A stretch of 19,055 nt of DNA from Candidatus Thorarchaeota archaeon (lineage in GTDB: Archaea > Asgardarchaeota > Thorarchaeia > Thorarchaeales > Thorarchaeaceae), in assembly GCA_048882385.1 (NCBI GenBank), contig JBHLRQ010000059.1:1-19055 (forward strand). Direction: 5' to 3'. The notes under the pieces are model-generated. The model did no database searches, had not been told where the DNA came from, and saw only the letters and a list, made by a program, of their open reading frames with translations. Positions 1-8,146 of this stretch are shown here, in pieces (position 1 is the first letter of the stretch; each line of letters begins with the position of its first letter). A program made the translations under genes and the position numbers.

Positions 1-329
1 TCCATAGGCACTGAAACAGATGTGCTGCTTGTACTGCTGTTTGTTGCGAAGTACCGCATCTGATTACTTGCGAAGATGTCGGTTCTATTTCCATATTCTT
101 GGACTGGTAAACCAGAAGATGTGTCAGACCATAGGGTCCATCCTTGAGCAGCATCTGTATACAGCTGATTGGGTGAGATGAGAGGGGTTAGATTTCTATC
201 CTGAAGAGTAGTGTTTTTGTCTGAAATATCAACGTTGCGTGTTGTCTGTGGATCCACAGCTACCAGAACATTGAAGACTATCATGAATGCAAGCAACGTC
301 AAAAGTGGTAATCTATAGCGAGATTTCAT
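1..329 (-). CDS. Partial (N-terminal ~109 aa) secreted/cell-surface protein, paralog of the 2564-aa protein; runs off the left edge
   Basis: Not in the ORF track; translated by hand. ATG at 329-327 overlaps the upstream TGA (ATGA) and is preceded by GGAGG. The frame is open to the window end: MKSRYRLPLLTLLAFMIVFNVLVAVDPQ...GLPVQEYGNRTDIFASNQMRYFATNSSTSSTSVSVPM. It has a basic + hydrophobic signal peptide, and the motif matches PLVVSEYGQRTD...YYTSNTTTTETVSVPL of the 2564-aa protein. Confidence 0.9.
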   Translation of the reverse strand, partial: MKSRYRLPLLTLLAFMIVFNVLVAVDPQTTRNVDISDKNTTLQDRNLTPLISPNQLYTDAAQGWTLWSDTSSGLPVQEYGNRTDIFASNQMRYFATNSSTSSTSVSVPM

Positions 330-3300
330 TCTTCCATCCCTCCAATCTCTTCAAGAAGTGCGTCAATTTCCGCTTTTGATAGATTTCTTGCTTGTTCTAT
401 CATAAGATCAGCTTCTGTTTCTTCGATACCCATCTTAAGCAGACGCTCTTTCAAGTGTAGAAGTTCCTCTTCTGAAAGACGCTCCTCCAATACTTCGGGT
501 GGAGTTCCCTCCTCTGCAAGCCGCTCTGCTTCAGCAAGTTCTTTTGCACGACGGGCTCGTTCTTGCCTTAGTACTTCATTGATGAATCCTGCTCTCTCAC
601 TTGGTCTCATTTTGTCAAGATCTTGTCGTAAAGTATCAACGTCATCAGGAGTAAGTCCAACGACCATAGCTAATTCTTGTAACAAGTCCTCTACGTCCAT
701 AACTGTTACATCGACAGTTGACAGACTGACATCTTCAATCGTCTTATGAAGTCCAATACGCTTGAGGTCTTCGTTCATCATTTTGAGGAGCATACTTCTC
801 CTCACAGGGACATCTGCTGGCTTTGGTATTCTACCCCTTGACAGAGTTCTAATCATTCCTCTGATTATTCTCAATAACTTAGGAACTGATAGGACTCTAA
901 AGTACAGTGCACCGAGTGCGGCGATAGCTAGTATCATTATGGTTCCGTACTGGAATCCAACTACAAGTGCTTCCTGTTCAGGTGTCAGTTCTGTATAAAT
1001 ATCGAATTCAACCTGATAATTCTGGTAGTCAACCTTACTGAAGATTATTCTAAGACTATAGTATGCTAAATCAGGTGCTCTGAAGGCAAGTGTGTATGTT
1101 CCGTTACCATGGTCAATGTCATAGTCAAACTCTCGTATCAAGTCTGTGGTAGCAAGATTACTACTTGATATTACAGTGATTTCTGCATCAGTAATCGGAA
1201 TTGAGTGGTCAAAGTCAAGGTATGTGAAGTTGATTAAGAATAGTCTACCAACGAATATTGGAGTTGGTAGGGATGAGGCTACAACTTCTGTGGCAATCTC
1301 CCTAATTGTCAAAAAGAATTCAATCTCACCAAGAGAGTAATTGCCTCGGGATATTGAAATCCTGATTCTATAGGGCATAGCACTGTCTTGCAAATCCGTG
1401 GCTAAGGCAGCTTCATCTGGGCCAAAAGCATAAGATCCATTGTTGAGATTAGTCAATAGAACGGTACCAAAATCCCAAGTGGCAGTCGCGAATCCATCTG
1501 TTATCCATGTGTCATGGAGATCATCCCAGAATCCGAATAGTGTAGTATAATCATCGTATACAGGGAATTCTGCTTCAGTGGAACCTATAACCTGTGTTCT
1601 TATTGGATCTACACGTAGCTTTACAAGGGTTGTAGCAAACCGGAAATTGTCTTTTCTGAATGATATAGAAATGTCATGGGGCACGCTACCAGCAAGAACT
1701 AGAGAGGTATTTAATGTGAGTGAGTAAGTCCCATCTCCAAGATCGATAAGTGAACCTCTGAACTGTTCCAGAGTATAATTCGTAATCGCACCAGTAATTC
1801 CGAGATTTGCGTGAGTGTCGTTGTAGAAGAGTAAGAAGGTCACTTCCTCACCATAATAGCCGCCAAGTGTTGCAGGTGTTATCAGGACAATCTCTGTGTC
1901 AACAACTTCTACATTCAATGTAAATTGAATTTGTGATGGAGTATATCCGGGATTGTCACTGTTGATAAAAACGGGCCATTCCTGAACACTCAGATATGAT
2001 GTGTTTACCAAAGCGCTATAGTATCCGGGGACTGCTAGTTCAGACAGATTCCCTACCAAAGGTCCAACACCATAGCTCACATAGGCGCCTGTAACTGGTA
2101 CGTTCAAATCAGTGTTGTTTAGGTAAACTGTTATGTTTGCGATGTCTCTATAGTTGACTGTAACGATAAAGTCTGATATAGCCACGAGATTACTAGTAAG
2201 CTCGGTTATTTCCAGTGTGAGTTGCATTGACACGCTTTTGTAATTATCAGAACTGGCCTGAATGAGGATCTGATGAGAACCAACATCAACTCCTGCAACA
2301 ATGAAATCTACAACATATTTACCATCAAGCACGGACCAAGTAAGCTGGCCAGAACCTCCAATCCAACTATAGGTCACATATCCGTCCTCAATCGCTGTGT
2401 TATTGTAGTATATTAGGTAGTCAACTTCAATAGAAACTGATAATCCATTGACGGTAGTCAGGGGGTCAATAGATCCTGCAATCTTTGAAGCCACTTTGTC
2501 AATTCGGATCTGAAAATCTCTTTGTCTACTTTCGTAATTAAGAAGAACAGATCTAACAGTGATAGTATGTTCTCCAGCAACTATCTGCCAACTCTGAACT
2601 GTTGCATTGTATATACCAGGTGCAACTTCAGTCATGTCTATATTGATTGATGATATTGTGAGATTAACATAGGCTCCTGAAACTGGAGCTCCATTTCTGG
2701 CATCAGTTACATTGGCTTGAAAATCAATGGAATCACCCCAGAATGGATTAGTTGGATCAAAGATTAACTCAATTTGAACCGGAATTGCTGACAACAGGAT
2801 GTCCGCCAGTATTGATTGATTCTGATGTAGAAACTTGGATGCGTTTACCATGAACGAATAAAGACCAGCATCCATCCCTGAAGTCTGAATAACCATCTCA
2901 TACACACCCAAGTCAATCGGATTTATGGTGGCAATGGTCGGGTATGTCATGTTCCAGTTACTCCAAATATCTGCACCAGGAATACCAACACCGAACTCGA
3001 TTGCTGTGTAAGTAATATTGGCACGAATCTCGTCTCCAAGATAATATGTGACACCTTGAGGTAGTGTGAAACTGAGCGTTGTAGAAACAGAATTGACAAC
3101 TACTGAGAAACTGAGATTTGTCACATTTGTGTAGTAAGGACTTCCATACCAAGTCAGATTAGCTGTGAAGAAATATCTCCCTAGTCCAGACAGTGTCGTT
3201 GTATCTACTAGAATTCGATACGAGCCATCTCCATTATCTAGAATCCATCCAGTAAATGTAGTTGAATTCTCACAGGCAAGTGAAACACTTGCTCCTGGAA

Positions 3301-6300
3301 TTCCACTTCCAGTTAGATAGTCTCTGAAATCAATTAGAGCACTGATATTGAAGAAGTAGTACGCAGGAGGTGTTGACCGAACAGATGCTTGTGTAAACCT
3401 TGTTGAAATAGTGACTTGAGTATTTGTTGTGGAGTTTTCATAGAATGGTGTAAGATCACCCCAATGGAATTGGATAGTTATTGGGTATGCATCCTCCAGC
3501 TGTGAAGTCAAAATAGTCGAATTTAAGGTAATCCAATAGAAACCATCTGAACCTGTCAATGTATACTGTGAATCGAGTATTAGAGTACCTCCTCCATGTG
3601 TCAGTGTGAGTACAGATTTTGTGAGAGGTATACGTGTACTGTTAACATCGTCAACAGCACTAATCTGAAACTGTACATTGCTTAGGAATGGAGTTGTCAG
3701 CGGCGATCGAGTGACGGATATTGTGGCATATCTTCGAACAACATCGATGGAAACATCCAATACTCGGCTCCGATAAAATGGTGAACCTGACCTACTTGCT
3801 GAAATTGTTATTGTGTACTGTCCGAAATTGCCTAGAGCCAATGTGGATATTCTGACACGATAATCACCAGAACCTAAGGTATCAACCCAGTAGTTGACTC
3901 CTAGTTGCAGTGTTGCATTGGGACAGGTTGCAGTAATTGTTGCACCATCAATTCCAACAAGCGTGCTATCATCGAAGTATGAAATTAACACTTCTGCTTC
4001 TTCAAGGTACACAGCGAGAGATGGAACTTCACTTGTAAGCTGAGTTCTTCTCTGGATTAGTGTGAGATAGAAGAAATCAGTAGCATTATAGCAGAAATTG
4101 GTTCCTGTATACACGATTGATGCGTTGACTTTGAAGATACCAAGAGATGGGAAGATACTCGTGTCAAGAGTTATAGTAAATGTACCATCTCCATTGTTGT
4201 CAACAATGTATGAACCTATGAGGGACACATCAAGAGTAAGATTTCCAGTATTCAAGAGAGACTGATCATCGAGGTCCCTATAGGTGAACTCTATCACCAA
4301 GTCATTCCCATACTCTATTGAAGTGTAAGGACCATGTTCGAGATTCGTATACCGATTCCGGATTGAAATGGATATGGGAATGTTCGTCCTGTTCTGGTAG
4401 TATGGTGTCCCAGCCCATACTACATCAAGATGTAGTGTAAAGGTCCCAACATTATTCCACCAGGTTGTATCAAGTGTTAAAACGAACTCTTGAGTTCCAG
4501 GCAAATAGATTGCACTCAAGACAAGTCCAGTTTCTTGAACTTGATAGCTTAGTTGAGCACCATCTGGAATTGGAAGTCCAGTTAGAACATCAATATATGA
4601 GAAGGTTAGATTCACATTCTCTCCATATGGATTCGTGGGTAATGGGTCCCAAAGAACACTTGTTTGCCTATATCGTGTAAATACTGTGATTGCTAAAGTT
4701 CGGTTCTCATATAGCGGAAGTTGACTTGTAGTCCAATTAGCAAAAATTCGAAGTTGACATCCAATTAGACCGCTTAGATATGATGTGTCGAATGAAATCT
4801 GATATTCACCATTCCCAAGTTCTGTTATCATCATCAGATCCTGAGTAAGAGTTTGACCCGGCGTAATAACTTCGACAAATAGATACACATTGAATGGATA
4901 CATGCTTGTACTGTTTGTGATTCCTGTACTGTTACTCACATCCCAATACACAACAGAGAAAGTAACATTTTCTCCGTATGGTGTAGCGATTGGATTAACA
5001 CCAATGTATAGGTCAGTAGGACTTCCTGCAATCCGTGCACTTACAGATATTACTTTGTTATCGTGTTTGGGTTGAGGACCAGTCCAATTGGCAAAAATGG
5101 ATAGGTCCTTCCAGCCAATTGAACCCCACTGATCTGCTCTAACTCTAATGATGTACTGGCCAGAGATTGACCCATTTACAACCGTGAATTGTAAAGATGG
5201 TACACCAACTGCTTCTGCATAAATCAGAACATCACTTCCTACAATGCCCGAAGAAGTAGTGATGTCGTAGTACATCACATAGATTGTGATTTGACCTGTG
5301 TAAGGTGTTGGTTCTATGGGATTATCTAGAGAGAATGAAGTAAGGTGAGTTATAATATTGACACTGATGTCAAAAGTATGGTTTTGATATGCAAAACGAT
5401 TTACATTGAAAACGACTGTATAGTCCTGAATTTGGTCAGTCTCCTCAGAATAGAATGTTATGTCATACTCTCCTGGAGCACTCGGTACAACAGTGTAATC
5501 TGACCAATTACAGGTGATTGATCCTGCAGCGCCTGATATTGGAAGATCATGATCTGTGTCCCAATATGTCAATGTGATAGTCTGTTCATATCCAACAGGC
5601 AGGGCAATAATACTCTGTGAAACCGAAACTGAAGTGAATATCTGCCGAACCTCCACAAATAGAAGCACTCGTGAAGTTGTGTAATAGTTCTGTTGAGCTG
5701 TGACGATTATTGCATAGGTACCTAAATCCGAATTCCCAGTTGTAATAGTAAGAGTATAGTTACCTGGTTCTCCTAAAACTGGATCGATTGAATAGGATGA
5801 GTCAGTCCAATTACAGAAGAGTTCAGCGTCGCTGATGCCAACACCTTCTGAATCTGCATAGAACAATTCGAGTACTGCATTGTCTCCTCTTGGAACTTGC
5901 ACACCAGGTGCACTTGATGACTGGAGAGTTGTTTCCTCGACCAGATTGATTACAAAGTACCTTTGAAGTGGATCATAGTATTGTTTATTCCAATCTATTC
6001 TAATTACATATCTTCCGGGAATTCCGAGATCTGCTGTATTCAGGACAACGCTGTATTCGCCAGTACCCATATCATTCAGGGATTGAGTTCCAGTTGTCCA
6101 ATTATAGGTGGCAGTTCCTTCTGGAAGAAGCATACCATTGTCAGAGTCGTTTACACCCACTTGAAGGAGCATATCCTGACCATAAGTCAGATTCCTTTCC
6201 CAAGTGAGAACCGACTGTCGTGGGTATGCGATGTACATGTCTGAACCATGTTCGATGGAGAAGGACCGTGAATAGACTCCGATGTTCTCAACAGGACTTC

Positions 6301-8020
6301 CCGAAATTGAGTCATTCACGAATGCTTGTACCGTCCATTCCCCAACCTCTGCGGTATATGCATCCAGGTTCAAATCGGTAGTTTCTGCGATTCCAGAAGA
6401 TACCACTGCATCCAATGTTGTCCATTCAATTCCTAGTGTATTGTAGACTCTGAATGTAACTGTCGCTCCATTGTATGCGGTATCAAGATAGGCTCTAAAG
6501 CGCACATTTTCATCTGCCCGATATGTGGTACTAGTAACCCATGAAGGTCCACTAGACATCCGAAGGTCCTGGATGATGTTTGCAGAGTGACCTGAAATCC
6601 TCCAGAAGCCGTTTTGATACGTTCCAACTACTCCCTCGTAGACTGAAATATTCAGACTTGTTGAAGTAGTTGACCAATATGGAAAGTTGACACCAGGAAA
6701 TCTAGGTTCTGAAACGGTATCAACTATAAGTGTGTCAGATTTGCTTGCATTGAAGTAGAAGTAGTTTGAATATCCATTTGGAACTGCGACATAGTAGTAT
6801 GTTGTCCAGCTCACTTGACTTGCATTTGAGACTGTATAACGAGTTCCTGCACTCAATATATCTGCTTCATACAGAGATGATTGGTCTACTTTTCTTGCAT
6901 ATACCGTCATATCAACAGAGAAAGAAACGCGAATATCCTCGTTTGGATCAGGATTTACTGGAGTTGGAGTCCAACTAAAGGTCGCATTAACCGCACTGCC
7001 ACTCCATGGTATAGTAGCGAACTCTTGGACAGTTCCCAAGCTCCATGTGGCGCCATTGGAAACAGGGATTCCATTCATTTCCAAGTTTACTTGACTGGGT
7101 TGAACACGTGTCTTTATGAAAATCCGAACATTGTCCATTCTTACCTCTGGAAAAAGTTGAGGATTGCTTCCAAAGGACCTTGTAGTTCGCATACCAATTT
7201 GAAGGATGAAGTTTGAAGAAGTAATGAGCGATGGATCTGCCTCAATCAATCCAGTTGAGTACCAAGTTATTTGAGCAAGCACATCACTGAACTGCATATG
7301 CCAGAGGTGGTTTGATACATTATCAGCAGACCCTACCTGAGCATAAAGTTCCCAGAATCCTATCGGTAGCCCACCCCAATTATCATCAACCCAATAATCA
7401 AGGGCTACACCAACCCAGGTTACTTCTCCTCGGTTGGTGTTGATAGTTTGTTGAGCATATTGCCTATCACCAAGATCATGACGGAAGTAACCACCATCCA
7501 AAACACCATCCATTTGGAAACTGACATAACCTCCAGTTATTGTACTAGACATAGGGTTTGTGTGAGTACCAACGTCATCAGTGCCAAGTGTCCAGTCTGC
7601 TGTCGAATCGAAACCAGGATTCGTTAGATAGGTTCGATTCTCCTGTAAGTCGCTTACACTTAGAGACATTTCCGTTCCCTCCCAGAGTGGACCAAGGGGA
7701 ACTGAAACGGTTTCAGTTGTGGTAGTATTTGAGGTATAATACGCAAGCTCCAAATCATCATGGTGGTCAGTTCGTTGTCCATACTCAGATACAACTAGAG
7801 GAGACCCTTCACCTACTATTGTCGTTGGAACCTCAGATAGTGTGAATGATTCAAGAACCTCATCAGGTCCCACCTCGATATACTGCCCATCTCCTAGATC
7901 CACCAGTTCAGAACTTGAATTGGTAGTATTAGAAACACCATCCCGCGTATTAGAAGAACCGAAACTCAGGATTAGTGAAGCTAAAACAAGAAATAGTACT
8001 AGGTTCCTTTTGACTTTCAT
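326..8020 (-). CDS. Giant (2564 aa) single-pass cell-surface glycoprotein/adhesin-like protein: signal peptide, beta-rich head, ~17 tandem Ig-like repeats, TM helix, ~190-aa helical cytoplasmic tail
   Basis: Long uninterrupted ORF with a CAGGAGA Shine-Dalgarno-like motif upstream and signal peptide MKVKRNLVLFLVLASLILSFG. ~100-aa repeats recur with Y-x-D...I-x-GA...D-x-G-x-G-x-Y motifs, and there are many N-x-S/T sequons. TM segment ALVVGFQYGTIMILAIAALGALYF (~899-970) is followed by basic residues and a charged helical tail. Function is inferred from architecture only. Confidence 0.92.
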   Translation of the reverse strand: MKVKRNLVLFLVLASLILSFGSSNTRDGVSNTTNSSSELVDLGDGQYIEVGPDEVLESFTLSEVPTTIVGEGSPLVVSEYGQRTDHHDDLELAYYTSNTTTTETVSVPLGPLWEGTEMSLSVSDLQENRTYLTNPGFDSTADWTLGTDDVGTHTNPMSSTITGGYVSFQMDGVLDGGYFRHDLGDRQYAQQTINTNRGEVTWVGVALDYWVDDNWGGLPIGFWELYAQVGSADNVSNHLWHMQFSDVLAQITWYSTGLIEADPSLITSSNFILQIGMRTTRSFGSNPQLFPEVRMDNVRIFIKTRVQPSQVNLEMNGIPVSNGATWSLGTVQEFATIPWSGSAVNATFSWTPTPVNPDPNEDIRVSFSVDMTVYARKVDQSSLYEADILSAGTRYTVSNASQVSWTTYYYVAVPNGYSNYFYFNASKSDTLIVDTVSEPRFPGVNFPYWSTTSTSLNISVYEGVVGTYQNGFWRISGHSANIIQDLRMSSGPSWVTSTTYRADENVRFRAYLDTAYNGATVTFRVYNTLGIEWTTLDAVVSSGIAETTDLNLDAYTAEVGEWTVQAFVNDSISGSPVENIGVYSRSFSIEHGSDMYIAYPRQSVLTWERNLTYGQDMLLQVGVNDSDNGMLLPEGTATYNWTTGTQSLNDMGTGEYSVVLNTADLGIPGRYVIRIDWNKQYYDPLQRYFVINLVEETTLQSSSAPGVQVPRGDNAVLELFYADSEGVGISDAELFCNWTDSSYSIDPVLGEPGNYTLTITTGNSDLGTYAIIVTAQQNYYTTSRVLLFVEVRQIFTSVSVSQSIIALPVGYEQTITLTYWDTDHDLPISGAAGSITCNWSDYTVVPSAPGEYDITFYSEETDQIQDYTVVFNVNRFAYQNHTFDISVNIITHLTSFSLDNPIEPTPYTGQITIYVMYYDITTSSGIVGSDVLIYAEAVGVPSLQFTVVNGSISGQYIIRVRADQWGSIGWKDLSIFANWTGPQPKHDNKVISVSARIAGSPTDLYIGVNPIATPYGENVTFSVVYWDVSNSTGITNSTSMYPFNVYLFVEVITPGQTLTQDLMMITELGNGEYQISFDTSYLSGLIGCQLRIFANWTTSQLPLYENRTLAITVFTRYRQTSVLWDPLPTNPYGENVNLTFSYIDVLTGLPIPDGAQLSYQVQETGLVLSAIYLPGTQEFVLTLDTTWWNNVGTFTLHLDVVWAGTPYYQNRTNIPISISIRNRYTNLEHGPYTSIEYGNDLVIEFTYRDLDDQSLLNTGNLTLDVSLIGSYIVDNNGDGTFTITLDTSIFPSLGIFKVNASIVYTGTNFCYNATDFFYLTLIQRRTQLTSEVPSLAVYLEEAEVLISYFDDSTLVGIDGATITATCPNATLQLGVNYWVDTLGSGDYRVRISTLALGNFGQYTITISASRSGSPFYRSRVLDVSIDVVRRYATISVTRSPLTTPFLSNVQFQISAVDDVNSTRIPLTKSVLTLTHGGGTLILDSQYTLTGSDGFYWITLNSTILTSQLEDAYPITIQFHWGDLTPFYENSTTNTQVTISTRFTQASVRSTPPAYYFFNISALIDFRDYLTGSGIPGASVSLACENSTTFTGWILDNGDGSYRILVDTTTLSGLGRYFFTANLTWYGSPYYTNVTNLSFSVVVNSVSTTLSFTLPQGVTYYLGDEIRANITYTAIEFGVGIPGADIWSNWNMTYPTIATINPIDLGVYEMVIQTSGMDAGLYSFMVNASKFLHQNQSILADILLSAIPVQIELIFDPTNPFWGDSIDFQANVTDARNGAPVSGAYVNLTISSINIDMTEVAPGIYNATVQSWQIVAGEHTITVRSVLLNYESRQRDFQIRIDKVASKIAGSIDPLTTVNGLSVSIEVDYLIYYNNTAIEDGYVTYSWIGGSGQLTWSVLDGKYVVDFIVAGVDVGSHQILIQASSDNYKSVSMQLTLEITELTSNLVAISDFIVTVNYRDIANITVYLNNTDLNVPVTGAYVSYGVGPLVGNLSELAVPGYYSALVNTSYLSVQEWPVFINSDNPGYTPSQIQFTLNVEVVDTEIVLITPATLGGYYGEEVTFLLFYNDTHANLGITGAITNYTLEQFRGSLIDLGDGTYSLTLNTSLVLAGSVPHDISISFRKDNFRFATTLVKLRVDPIRTQVIGSTEAEFPVYDDYTTLFGFWDDLHDTWITDGFATATWDFGTVLLTNLNNGSYAFGPDEAALATDLQDSAMPYRIRISISRGNYSLGEIEFFLTIREIATEVVASSLPTPIFVGRLFLINFTYLDFDHSIPITDAEITVISSSNLATTDLIREFDYDIDHGNGTYTLAFRAPDLAYYSLRIIFSKVDYQNYQVEFDIYTELTPEQEALVVGFQYGTIMILAIAALGALYFRVLSVPKLLRIIRGMIRTLSRGRIPKPADVPVRRSMLLKMMNEDLKRIGLHKTIEDVSLSTVDVTVMDVEDLLQELAMVVGLTPDDVDTLRQDLDKMRPSERAGFINEVLRQERARRAKELAEAERLAEEGTPPEVLEERLSEEELLHLKERLLKMGIEETEADLMIEQARNLSKAEIDALLEEIGGMEE
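990..6250 (-). repeat. About 17 degenerate protein-level tandem repeats (~100 aa, Ig-like beta-sandwich) forming the stalk of the 2564-aa protein
   Basis: Repeat starts counted by eye, e.g. LTYGQDMLLQVGVND, VPRGDNAVLELFYAD, LPVGYEQTITLTYWD, TPYGENVTFSVVYWD, NPYGENVNLTFSYID, IEYGNDLVIEFTYRD, GYYGEEVTFLLFYND, IFVGRLFLINFTYLD. No obvious DNA-level identity between units. Boundaries are approximate. Confidence 0.8.
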
Positions 8021-8124
8021 ATTGAGGTCTCCTGAATGGGCATGTAGAATACCAAGTCGACTGGATGATAGGGTAGGGATTTACCTCTATATGAATAGAT
8101 GTGCGCTATAGAAATCGTCAAACC

Positions 8125-8140
8125 TTTCGATAAATCGAAA
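8125..8140. promoter_or_regulatory. Inverted repeat TTTCGAT-AA-ATCGAAA; possible operator or terminator-associated element
   Basis: Perfect 7-bp arms with a 2-nt spacer, just past the double stop (TGA TAG) of the protease gene. It lies ~30 nt upstream of a weak TATA-like TTCATATA (minus strand, 8095-8088) in front of the giant gene. Confidence 0.35.
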
Positions 8141-8146
8141 CGACTA

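Noticed and set aside
990-6250. Possible DNA-level tandem repeats, CRISPR-like array or diversity-generating template/variable repeat pair in the giant gene
   Set aside because: Only short codon-driven similarities are visible (e.g. CCATCTCCATT for N-G-D-G). I saw no long near-identical repeats by eye and no reverse transcriptase or cas gene in the window.
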